Of a stretch of DNA of 64,000 bases, positions 14,101 to 26,274 are shown piece after piece; the first letter of the stretch is position 1; each line of letters opens with the position of its first letter. Location of the stretch: the NCBI GenBank assembly GCA_000165425.1, contig CT868668.1, forward strand, positions 62,001-126,000, written 5' to 3'. Source of the stretch: Paramecium tetraurelia. Lineage: Eukaryota. The translations under genes were made by a program, and so were the position numbers. Below the pieces are notes generated by a model that was not told the origin of the DNA, ran no database searches, and saw nothing but the letters and a program-made list of their open reading frames with translations.

Positions 14101-17100
14101 TCTGCCCATCTCCTGGCAATACTACTATCCCTAGCATTTCTCATTAATTTTTTCCATTGAGTGTCAGCTTATTAGAATATCTTGGATTCCTTAGCCAAAT
14201 TCTTAGCACTGTATGGAGAATTCAAAATAGGTTCCAAATATAACCAATTTCTTTGATGTAACATCCACTCATCAAATAACTCTTGGAAATATCTTAATAA
14301 TGATTATTGTCTCTCTACTTCAGGTCTAATTCCTTCTACAAATCTTGAGGCCAAAATATTATTGACAGTCAATAATGTATCATCAATTTTTGAAATCAAA
14401 TCTTCATTATTTCCGAGAATAAAAACATCCTTCGATTCTCTATAGGGTTACACAGTAATAACAGCTGATTTCCATATCGATTCAACCTATTCTAACATTT
14501 TAACTAATTCTATTTCCTTTGCCGCCCTTAATGCTATTTCACTTAACTTGTCTTTTACCTAATCTAACCCAGCCTGAGTAATCCATAAAACGTTGTATTT
14601 AGGATCATTTATTGGTGTAAATGGTTCTAGAATAGGCTCCTTGAACAACTATTAACTTTCAAGTATCATTGCTCTTATCTGATTCCATTACTTCTCTGAT
14701 ATAGCAGGATCTTTAAGTGCTTATAGAACCTAATAGACACCTCTGAATCCTTCAATGTCTGACTTAAATACTCTAGCTACTTCATTCTTATCTAATTCTT
14801 TGGCACATAAGTTAGCTGCCTTCTATAATTTTTCCATTAGATTGTTCATATCATCCAAATTGATATCAGTGTAATGTTATTTTAACCAGTTTGAATAATT
14901 TGAGATCCATTCATTTCTACCACACCAAAGTCTCTCTAATAAAGTGAATTCACTATTGAATGTTTCTAATTTCTCAAATGGTGTATATTCCATATTTAAT
15001 GCTATCTGATAATCATTCAATTTTTTTGCATGAACTTTTAATTCATCCACTTGTTTTCTGACTCCTTAAACAAATGTAACCATGTCACTTAAATCTGCTG
15101 CTAAAGAACTCAATGGCTATTCTGAGATTCTTTCGTTTAAATCTTTAACTGTACTATCTACTTATGGGATCATTCTCTCCATATCTTTTCTAAATTTATT
15201 TAAGTTTTAATCATAATTGGCCATAGCATCATCCACTTTTTTACGAAGTTGACTAACTTATTGATTACATTCTGCAAATTTTTATTTGTGTTTATCTTAA
15301 ATTTTAATACGCAATTCATCCATAAGCAATGCCATAGCTGTTACTTCTTGTGACACATTGCTTAAATCTTCAAATTAATTATTGATGACATTCACTGCCT
15401 CCATATAATTGACAAATTATTCCACTGTTATCGGAGAGATTGCTATGGTTGAATACAACTAAGTTGTTTTTTGTGTAAAGAGTACTGCTTTTTTGTAAAT
15501 ATATTCAGGGATAAATTTCTACAACTCCTAAATGCAATTCATAGCACTGGATTTGATCTTGGCTTTCAATTTTTGATTATCAAACAATATCATGCCTATC
15601 TCTTGTGTAGGTTCTATATCTTAAAATTGTTGATCTTAATCCTTATATTAATTAATGGCATTTCTATATTCTTCAACTTCCTTATCAGCATACTATTTTT
15701 CAATATTGACTCCTGTGTTCTCAACATACCATTTCATGAATGGTTTCAATTTTTCAGCATATTATTCTAAATAATCAAATGCAATTTCTAATTCCTTCCT
15801 CATTTGTCCACATAAAATTTGGAAATTCTCGCTTCCATTTATAATTGCCTTGACATCCACCTTTTCTGATTGTTGATTGCTTTCATCTTGAATATACTAT
15901 TATAATTCTGGCATAGATAACATTTCTCTATGTCTGGTAGTGATACGAATAACACTATTGGTAACGACACTTTCAAATATTCTGAATAACTATTCCCTAA
16001 CAGGATTAAAAACGATATCTTCCTATTTCCCTACTGCCTCAATAATGATCCAACATTAGGGTTAACCTTTGCCATAATATCCTTTCCTTTTCACACCTGA
16101 ATTTTCCTTATATTACTCATTGAATTCACGAATCTATTTAACAATGTGTTCCACTGAATTCTGCATCATCTATAATTTAGCATCTATGATAATGTAATCA
16201 ACATATTTGACAAATTTTCTTAATCTTTTATAGTGAGTTCTTATTGTAGCTTCAGTTGTGTAAGGCATGTCTTTTCCTGATTCGTCTCCCACTAATAATG
16301 GGGCTCTCTCTTCATTGTCGTCTTCATGAAGTGGAATACGATGAATTTCCTTAAAATTGACTAACGATTTCTAACAGCATTCTACTATTATTTATTTAAT
16401 CTATTGTTCATATGCATCAAATTTGATATCCATGATTGACATTAAGTGTTTATCTTACAATTATTTAAAATTCTCATGGGTCTAAGGAACTGTAGTTGAA
16501 GTATCTAAGAATCTTATGTCTTAAGCCATTTATTGACATATCCTGCGAACTTCTAATAATGTGATTCTTAATTGTTTGTCAGTTGAAAACATGTTAGAAA
16601 TCATCAAGTCCTGATTTTTGGCAAGAATGTTCTTCCTCATTAATCTCTTCCACAAGAAGAAGTTCTTCCATAATTTATATTTTCTAAAAAAATCTATTTT
16701 CTAAAGATCTTAATATAATTTAGCTTCTCTTTGCCACTCTTCAATTGTTAAAAATGTTGCATCATCATTTTGGAAATAAGTGATACCTTTTGCACTAATG
16801 GTCATGTATTCTTTTTGATTTCTGTCTTCAAATTCAACTATTTAATAATCATAGGCATGATCTCTTTTATTTAAATAACAGAACTCATCAGCCATTTCTG
16901 GATCAGTTCTTATCAAATAAATAAAGTCCATTGGAGACAGGTAAGATTGTTATTGTTGTTTCTTCTTTGGTTTTCTGAGTGCTTTCTTGATCATCTAAGC
17001 TTCCTTCTTTTTTTCAGGTTGTTACAGCAATCCAATGATCGAATCATTAATGGTAGAATTCGGGTTTTGCACATCCTCTAAAATACTCATTCCATGATCA

Positions 17101-17469
17101 CTTAATAATCTATGACCTAGAGGTGACAAATTCTTTGGTTTCTTGAGCTAATCTTGTATTAAAATGTCGCTTTTTAAGTCTTTAGTTATTAAATCATCAT
17201 TTACTTTTTGTAGATTGGTGTCCTGAACGATCAAGCAAAATTCTACCATTTTGAATGGTTACGCCTAGAGCAGAGTGAGTTTAGGTTGTAGGCTCTAATC
17301 TTTATTTAGAAACTTTAGGCACCAATTAAGGCAAGGATATAACTGAGAGCTGTTGAGTGTATTTTCGTTCATTAGGATCATAGCGATTACTATTTTTATA
17401 AAGCCGTCCCTTGAGCTACCCTTGTGAGAGTTGTTCAAAATTGAAACGTTTATTATTGTCACTATCCAT
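5128..17469 (-). CDS. Axonemal dynein heavy chain, single-headed inner-arm type (DNAH6-like)
   Basis: AAA1 Walker [33 protein letters not shown]2 [11 protein letters not shown]3 [11 protein letters not shown]4 [13 protein letters not shown]-terminal [27 protein letters not shown]. The N-terminal [37 protein letters not shown] resembles DNAH6-type chains. Four tiny introns near the 3' end; about 4 apparent +1 frame breaks (see findings). Confidence 0.95.
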
Positions 17470-17513
17470 AATAAATAATTAATATATGGACACCGATTTA
17501 TAAATATTTATAT
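17470..17513. promoter_or_regulatory. Putative bidirectional promoter/5'UTR region between dynein HC and NOP58
   Basis: Only 44 nt separate the divergent ATGs; the gap is AT-rich with one GC-containing core (GGACACCG). Confidence 0.5.
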
Positions 17514-19003
17514 ATGTTAATATTAATCGAGACTCCAGCTGGATTCGCCCTATTCTAAGTTGCTAATACCAAGGCGCTTAATAAAATAGACAATATCTAT
17601 GATTACTTACAGAATGAAAAGCAAGCTAAAAAATTGTAAGCTAATCTATTGATACATTCACAAGGGTCACTCCTTTTGCTTTCTAATAATTCAAAGACAC
17701 CTAAGAAGCTCTAGTGGCTACCAGTAAGTTGATCAACGGAAAAATTCCAAAGAAACTAAGTAAATTTTTGGAAAAGAATGTTATCTCTTAAGAAGTTTAG
17801 GATCAAATAGCAGGTACAGTGAATTTATTAAACAACAGTCCAAGACAAAAAACTTGCCAAATAGCTCCAAGAACAACTAGGATTAAATTGCATCTAAACT
17901 CCTGTGACTGAACAATTATTCAGAGGAATTAGATCCCAACTCACAAACCTAATTGAAGGACTTAGCGAGTCAGAACTTAAAAATATGACTTTGGGATTAG
18001 CACATGGGCTATCCAGATATAAACTCAAGTTCTCAACTGAAAAAGTCGATACAATGATTATTCAAGCTATTGCTTTGCTTGATGATTTAGATAAGGAGAT
18101 TAATAACTACATGATGAGATTAAGAGAATGGTTTGGATGGCATTTTCCAGAACTTGGCAAAATCATAACAGACAATTTAATATATGCTAAAGTAGTCAAA
18201 GCCATTGGAATGAGAATAAAGACCAGTTCTACAGATCTCTCTGGTATTTTGCCTGAGAATCTCGAAGCAGATGTCAAATAAGCAGCAGAAGTATCATTTG
18301 GTACAGAAATTACAAAAGAGGATGAAAAATTCATTCTTTGTCTTGCAGATTAAGTCATTGAACTAACTGATTATAGATCCTAATTATCTGAATATCTAAA
18401 AAATAGAATGTAAGCAATCGCTCCTAATCTCACTACAATGGTAGGTGAATTAGTTGGTGCTAGATTGATTTCACATGCAGGCTCACTTGTAAACCTAGCT
18501 AAATACCCAGCATCTACAATTCAAATTTTAGGAGCTGAAAAAGCATTATTTAAAGCTATTAGAACTAAGCATAACACACCTAAATATGGTTTGATCTTTT
18601 AAGCTAGTTTAGTTGGAAGTGCTCCTGCTAAATTGAAAGGAAAAGTCTCTAGAACATTAGCTGCCAAAACAGCTTTATGCATTAGATACGATGCTTTAGG
18701 TATTATATAAAATGAACAATTATCATAGGAGAGGGATAAGATGCTGAATTCGGAGTTACCAATAAATCATTTTTGGAGAAAAGAGTTCATTAATTGGAAG
18801 AGGGAGTTAATTATAGAGATGTGAAGGCTCCTTAAAGAGGAAAGGCTAAACCCGTTTAATCTCAAACATAATATTAAGAAGAGGCCGATTTCTAACCATA
18901 AGGAGCTACTTGGATGCAAAAATTCTAAAAGGGAGAAGACAAAAGACAAGCTTCTCAAGACATTGTATAAAGAACACAACAAAAAAAGGTGAAATAATAA
19001 TGA
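17514..19003 (+). CDS. NOP58: Nucleolar protein 58 (box C/D snoRNP core)
   Basis: [118 protein letters not shown]; three tiny introns; TGA at 19001-19003. Confidence 0.93.
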
Positions 19004-19016
19004 AAGTACATTTTAA

Positions 19017-20538
19017 TCAACGAACTTCATCATTTAAGACATCTGAATCTTCATGGTAGTAAATGTTACTCTAAGCAATTCTACTTTAACTTTCTTCCAT
19101 TATTTATTATAATACAGGATTGGGATTTGAATTTCCTCTGTATTATAGTTATTACTCTAAGACTCTCGGATCAACTATACTTAGCAAATATCTAATTTTG
19201 TCTTCAGCTATTTTCAAATCTTGTTCATATTTTTATTTAATTGCTCTCTTCTCATTCTCAATTTAAATCAATCTCTAATTCTCACTATGCTAAGAATTGA
19301 TTCGTGATTTATTATAAACATCCCTCTTTAAATTTGCTATTTCAATCAATAAAGTGTTAATCTAGCCCTCATAATTAGCTTTCATATTAGCCTTTTTTTA
19401 TACATCCTCTTATAATTCCAAACATCTTTAATGCAACATAGTCATTTCTATGTTTTATTTATGCACATCATCTTATAATTATTTATATGATCTTTCTAAT
19501 AAACTCTAAGAAGTTGCTGGAATTAATTAACCATTTTGTATCTATTAAGTTAATTAATCCAACGTATTTGTCCTCTCGTAGAGTTATCTTTCTAATTATT
19601 GTAATCTAATCTACTAATCTTTGCAACTTGATATTCTTATCAATCAGCATTGAATTCATTTTCTCTGTTTCTATATTATGTCTTTATAATTTCAATTTAT
19701 CTATTTCATTTTATTTAGCCTCCAATAAATTGTTAAGGGTAGCCACTTAATTCTCCATTTACACAATTGATGTAGCCACAGTCTCTTTGATTTACCTTTG
19801 TAAATTCACCCTTTCTATTTAAATTTGTTATGCATATTTTTCCTCCGATATCCTAATTGTATTTTCATTGATTAATCGTTATGTATCTATTTGAGCCTAT
19901 AGTGCTTCAATTTCTTCCAATTTTTAATTAAATATGTTCATATAATTTACTCTAATTGTTTCAATGTCATTTTCTAAAATCTCACTCTTTTATCTATATT
20001 GATCTGCCTCTCTAAATCGTTCCTTTAATTCTTCCAATTCTTTATTCTTTTCATTTAAGAAATGAAGTGCTTCTAATTTTTCAGATTTTATCTGTTTAAT
20101 AAAACTATCTAAATGAAAGCATTTCTATCTTTCCTCCTATAATTCTTGTATCTTAGTCATCACTTACTATCTACTACTTTCACAATCCTATGCTTTTTGC
20201 ATTAATAGCTAATTCAGTTTTTCTATTTCTCCTACCAATTATTCCATTCTTTCCTCATATCCTTTTATTGTGATAAATTAGACTCTATTGTACTTACTTC
20301 TTAAATCTTCAACTTCAATTGCTTTTGATTTCAAATTTTCTGCTAGGTCTTCGAATTGTTGCTTTTAGGATCCAATATGAGCTTAATGTTCTTTAATCTT
20401 CTATTCTAATCCTAAACTCTTGAGTCTCCATTCTTCGCATTCGATGCTCTTCTATTGTAAGGTTTAAGAGCATCTCTCCAATTCGCTAGTCAGCATTTCA
20501 ATTCTATATTCAACTTCAACTTAATCTGATTATTGCAT
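19017..20538 (-). CDS. Coiled-coil protein with 'EIERLN'-like repeats (possibly cortical cytoskeleton)
   Basis: MQQSDQVEVEYRIEMLTSELERCSQTLQQKSIECEEWRLK...EERMEQLVGEIEKLNQLLMQK; E/Q/K-rich heptads; one apparent +1 break near 19620. Confidence 0.7.
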
Positions 20539-20593
20539 GTGCTCTGTTAAATTAAATTTTAAATATAAATCAAAATTGTATTTACAAAATATA

Positions 20594-22311
20594 TCACCCC
20601 TATAAGGGAGGCAGTTGGATACTTTATGTCAACATTTTTCTTACTTCTTTCAAGGCTAAACGAACATCTTCTGCTTTTTTCATAACAATAGACTTCAAAA
20701 TTGGACCTAATTCAGCTAAAGCAGTATCGTTTTAATCACTGTACCATGTCTTTATAAATATCCCATTTTCTGGTTAATTTTAAAAATTGTCAGGAACATT
20801 ATCTACAATTATACACTTTGAAAGATCTCTTCCCAATCTGGAAAGATCTTTTATAAATTAATTAGAATATTATAAAGCATGTTACCTAAATAGTCGATAT
20901 GATATGTTTTTGTTTTTATCAACCTGATCTAAAACCCAATTAGCATAATCAGGTAATCCAGCTGTAAATACTACTAACTCATAAAACTAACTCATCTCCT
21001 ATAAGAATTGATGAGTAAAAGGACGAATCAGGAAGTGTCCTGTCTAATCAGTAAAATGTATCAAAGTTTCGTCCATATCTAAAACAAGAGTATAAGTTTT
21101 CGGATTTGTGTACGGAAGGTAAGGCTGGGGAGCTACACATATCAATGGTATTCCTAGTAAGCCCTAGTAACTCTGTTGGATTGTAAAATAAAATGAAATG
21201 AATTCCTACAAATTTCTTAAGGATTCCTTTATTGTATAATTTTATAGACTCCTTAGGAAGATGATTAAAAATTAGTATAAGTCCCTTCTAACTTTTTTGT
21301 AAGGGATTTATAAAGATTTTGTAATAATTCTATGTTCTACTTAATGTAAGTCCAATAATCTTGCTTTTTGGTGACAATGGTTTTCTTGTTAATGTTAAAT
21401 TACAATTAGGAATACAACTATAAATATAGAGGATATTCTGGTTTTCTCTTTGAGTTTCTCTAATAAAATATCAGAGAGGTGACTTAAATTTTAAATATTG
21501 TAGAGCAATATATTCTTGATATTACTCATACTACTTAAATAGAAATGGAGATCAAAAAAACAATTAACTAAAACAACAATCTACAATATTAATAGAATTA
21601 CTCCGACGCGTAAGATTAGAAATATTTATCTGACTTGCTTGGCATGTTCTTGTAGTAACTCTTCCAGATATTGAAATCCAGTATCTTCAGTCAATTCCAT
21701 GTATTAGTTGATTTAATTTATTAGTTCTAGAGTAGTATTCTTACTTTATTAGTTTCAAACTCTTACTTTTTTCATTGAATTTAAGAGGTAGTTCATGATT
21801 TCATAAATTTTAATGAATATTCTAAGATTTTCTGCTAATGTTTCTTCGGCATGATGCATAGGTTCTAAGGTGGCGAAAGCTTAAGTTTAACCATATATTA
21901 CATTCAGATCTGGCATTAAAATCTTGTCCTTCTTTTCTGTTTTTTCTTGGAGGAGTGGATGCTCTTTGTTCATTTTCAGCTTAACTTGTTTCTGATATTA
22001 GTTACAAATTTGGTTTTTGAGGGGAACCCTTTTATAACCTGTTATCCTTTAATTCCATTTTTTTGAAACTTAAATCTGCTTCTAAAGCCTCCTCCAACCT
22101 GCTATCATTTAATCTTGGATTTTTTATAAGTCGATTAAAGTCTAATGATTTTTTTGAACTTCTTATGACAGAAGAAGGTTTAGCTTGTTTCTATTCAATG
22201 ATGGGAAATTATGATTCCCTTGGATCTTTGGCCTAAGAGATTGATTTTATAATCTACTTGTGAGATGGCTCGAGCTGGTCTTGTTTTTATCGTGGTTTAG
22301 TTTTTTCTCAT
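20594..22311 (-). CDS. SCP/FCP1-like (NLI-interacting factor) HAD phosphatase
   Basis: TLVLDMDETLIH (DxDxT motif), [82 protein letters not shown]; low-complexity N-terminus with tiny introns. Confidence 0.9.
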
Positions 22312-22333
22312 AATTATAATAATTTGAAAAATA

Positions 22334-23891
22334 TCAAAGTGACGATGATCTTTTCATGTTTGTTAAATTTTTGAATTCTACATTATTGAGTCTTTCCTCT
22401 ATCTTGCACTTATTGTAAAGAGTGTAGGCGATTTCCCTCAAATTTTGAGACACATTTGATTTTCTATGTTTAGCAGACAAAGGAAGACTCATCATAGTTT
22501 AAAGGGTACATTTATTATCTCTTGCACTTTCATGGATTTAATCATTGGCTTCAAAGTATTCTTTATATGCGATGTACTATAAATGAATTTTCTACCATTT
22601 TTATTCGTATTTGATTTGAGAATTAATTAAGATTTCATTGACATTTTCTAAGTCTATTATTTTTCTCTCCAATTCACTCACTTGATCTTCCAAAGTTTTG
22701 GAGAGCAGAATTTCATTTTGTAATTTCTATCTACATTAAGCAAGTACTTTTTGCAATGCCTTATTTTAGTCGCTTAGCTGGTTTAACTAGACACACAATT
22801 TATTTGGACTGGCAAACATATTTAAAGGATTGCCAGCTGATGGAGTTTAAGCCTTTTGCTAATTGTCTTTGACTGACTATGAGAGCTTAAATGCTTTCAA
22901 TTCTATTTCTTCCTTTTCCTCAATCTCCTCTTGTTTTTGGATATTTAACTATTGCAACTTTTAGGCCTTAGCCAAATCAAGTTTTGGTACAGGGATATTT
23001 GAATTTTTTTGAAATTGAATATTCACTTTAGCTGGTAATATTTCAACATAACTAGAATCATCAACTTTAGCACCTGAAACTTATTTATGTTCTTTCAAAT
23101 TATGATTTCTTGGACTTTCATCATGACTTCTATTTGGTGATAATATAGGAGGAGTATAATCTTGTTTGCTTAATGCTTATTTTTAGAGAACATCAATTAG
23201 AATTTAAATCTTATTCTTCTCTTCTCTCAATTATTTATTCTCCTTAATCATTTAACCTATCAACATTCTCATCTACTCTATTTGATTCAATACTGCAAAG
23301 ACATCTTCAGTAGGGGAGACCATCTTAATTACTAATATTTATAATTGAATACTATCTTTTATTTGATTTTCTTTTTGCTCTACAACTCAAACAATTTCTC
23401 AGTCAACGAAATTATTTGTTAATCTTTCTCATTCAATTTTCTTTATAAATCCAATAATTGATTCTGCCTCTCCAATTAAAGTTCCATATTGCGATGATTT
23501 GAATCTTCACATATTTGTTCAAAGATTAACGCCTTTACTAGTCTACAATAAGTACTTAGCTTCTTGCTTCATCTCTTTGTTTTGCAATTACTTCATTAAG
23601 AGCATATAATTAATTATTCTCATCATACAATTGCGAAAACAATGATTAGAAACCTCTTTCTGAATTATGTTCTCCCTTTTTAATCGAATTATCCTCTTTT
23701 CTACTGTTACTAGTACTTGGTTGCTTATAATAGAGTTTCATAAGTACAGAACTAAATGAGCATTCCTTTTGAATTTTTATGACTTCCTTGTTAAGTTAGA
23801 GTAACTATCGAAGTTCTTTGTTCTCTTCCTGAAGTTATCTCACTTCTTGTTAAAGGAAATGCAATTTAGTTTCAAGTCCATCTTTATTCAT
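22334..23891 (-). CDS. Hypothetical coiled-coil protein
   Basis: MNKDGLETKLHFLQQEVRQLQEENKELRQLLQLNKEVIKIQ...QRDEARSQ/ALIFEQICED; reads in code 6 with tiny introns where traced; ends MKRSSSL* at 22334. Confidence 0.7.
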
Positions 23892-23907
23892 AATATTAAT
23901 AAAATAA

Positions 23908-24465
23908 TCAATGCTCTCGCTGCTTTAGTTGTATGTAATCATTAAGAATCTTCTTCAGCCATCTCCAGCATTATCTTAATTCAGGTTTAGAGCTTGGGAA
24001 GTGATTTATTGGATGACATTGAATTACTAGATCAACTATTGAATTAACGAATTTTGGTATTGAAGGATCTTTGATGCAGCTTTCTAACCGTGTTATTTCT
24101 TGTTTTAGACTCTGGTTTTCTTTGATCAGCAAACTACTTTCAATCAATTAATTTTGAAATTAAACCTCCTTCTCTTTCATTTTTTATTCAAATTCTTTTA
24201 ATCTCTCTGCTAAATTCTCATATTGAAATTGCTTCTATTCAGGCAAACGATTCATCAACTATTTCTAATGAGCTCTCATCTCACTGATTATCTTCTCTTT
24301 GAACTCTAATTATTTTGTCAACTAATCAACTTTCTTTCTCAGCTCATGCACTTCATCTCCACTAAATCTTTCAGCAATCGGACTTACTTGCTGTTACTTT
24401 AAATATTGTGAATAGAATAGCTAAGTCGAGGAATTATGGGAGATCTAACTCGTTTAACGATTCAT
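23908..24465 (-). CDS. Hypothetical coiled-coil protein
   Basis: MNRQTSQISHNSSTQLFYSQYLKQQQVSPIAERFSGDEVHELRKKVDQL...FVNSIVDLVIQCHPINHFPSSKPELRQCWRWLKKILNDYIQLKQREH*. The frame stays open upstream and could start at ATG 24611 via a 23-nt intron. Confidence 0.7.
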
Positions 24466-24897
24466 TAATTTTTAAGAATTTTAATATTGCACTATAATAA
24501 CCTATAGCAATCCTCCATGTTCTCCAATCCATAGTATTTTCAACTCAATAAAATATGGTGTCATTCTTCCTGTTTCTATTTCACCTTTTTCTAGTAATCT
24601 TACTTACCCATATCAATTAGTCAAAGCAATAAATATATTTTGTCAGATTCTTTAAAATTGAAATAAGTATAAATTTATTTATCTAATATCAGTAAATATT
24701 TTATTTGAAACTTCTCTTCTCTCTTTAATCTATTATTATGTATAATTCTATAAGTGAAATTTCATTTATTTTGTTTTTCATTTAGAATTTGGAATTGTTC
24801 GATTTTTTTCTATTTTGAAAACGACTCATTTTAATTTTCGTATTAGCATTACTATCTAAATCATAAATCATCACAACATTCATTGAAATAAGAGTAA

Positions 24898-26251
24898 ATG
24901 TCCTAATTAAGTGCATGCAAATTAGTATAACTGAAATATATAATTATATTATGTAATAAAATAATCAATCCTATCTTGTGAAAAAGAATCACTATCTGAT
25001 TGAAAAATCATATACTTAGAGAGTCAATAATGAATTAAGACTTTCCAAATCTAATCCATAAATAAATTGCACTAATCGAACTCACACTTTGTTGAATATC
25101 AATACTTAAAATGAAGAAGATGATCTGAGTGTTATCCTAAAATCGTCAAATCAAAATAAATTATAAGGTAACAGATTTATCTAATGAAAAAGCATATAAA
25201 TATAAAAGTAAAAATCCCTATTTAGTGAAATTAGAAAAAATTTAAGATCTTGTATTTTAGAAAAAACTTCAGAATGTTTGCAAATATAATAAAAGTAGTA
25301 AAATTCACAACGTAGCTTTGCCTGTTCCTAAAGGCACTTGCTCGATTATGCTCAATAAAAACAAAAATAAAAACAATGCTTTTAACATTTCAACATTAAA
25401 TAAAAAATTAGACCCTAAAGTAAAGTATAAAATGAAATGGAAAACTATCCAATGGCTTATTCAATTTCGAAAAGATGCCATCAACCAATTGTTTAAAAAC
25501 TACCAATACATAGTGAAATTTGCAAAATTAAAACATAAAGGTTTGACTAAATAAGATTTTCATGAATTGATGGTCGCAGTAGGATTAGGAACTGACATAA
25601 ATTTATTAGAAAAACTATTCTATGTATTTGACGAAGATTCAAATGGAACTGTCGATTATAAAGAACTAATAATAGGTTTAGAAATCTTTAAGGAAGATTC
25701 AATAGAAGAAAAAATAAAGGGTAAGATTCTTAAATTATGTAGTATTTTTTGATATTTGTGATGCAGATGGAAATGGAAGTATATCAGAAAAAGAACTATA
25801 CGATGTATTAAAAACTAACATTGTAGCATTTCATGATAGAATTAAATTGAAGAAAACCATCCACCAAATCTTTATTGAATGTGATTAAAATGGAGATGGA
25901 GTTTTGGACAAAGAGGAAATATTGGAAGCATCAAAAACAAATGTTACTCTAAGGTAGTTACTTTAATAGAGTATTAATGATGTAAAGTAAATTGATAAGA
26001 TGATTGAAAATGATCTGAAAGAACCATTTAATGAATGGGTTCCTGCATCAGCCAACTTTATCAATTATAAGGAAGGAATTTTCTATCCTTACAATGATAA
26101 AATTATATAGGCCTTTAAGGAAATAGAGGAAGTAATTATTTCATCTAGACTAGATTAAAACCATTAATTCGAATTTTTCAATTTTTTGATTACAACCAGG
26201 ATTTCACGATCTAAACTAATTACAACTATGAAAAATAATATAATATTATGA
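24898..26251 (+). CDS. EF-hand calcium-binding protein (calcineurin B/NCS-like C-terminal half)
   Basis: Three canonical loops: DEDSNGTVDYKE, DADGNGSISEKE, DQNGDGVLDKEE. Start (24898 or 24951) and 3' end (26189-26251) are uncertain. Confidence 0.8.
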
Positions 26252-26274
26252 TGATTTAATATTAATATTAATAT

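Noticed and set aside
24595..24615. TACTTACC resembling the 5' end of U1 snRNA
   Set aside because: It is the reverse complement of a candidate 5' splice site (G/GTAAGTA) on the minus strand, and no U1 stem-loops or Sm site follow.
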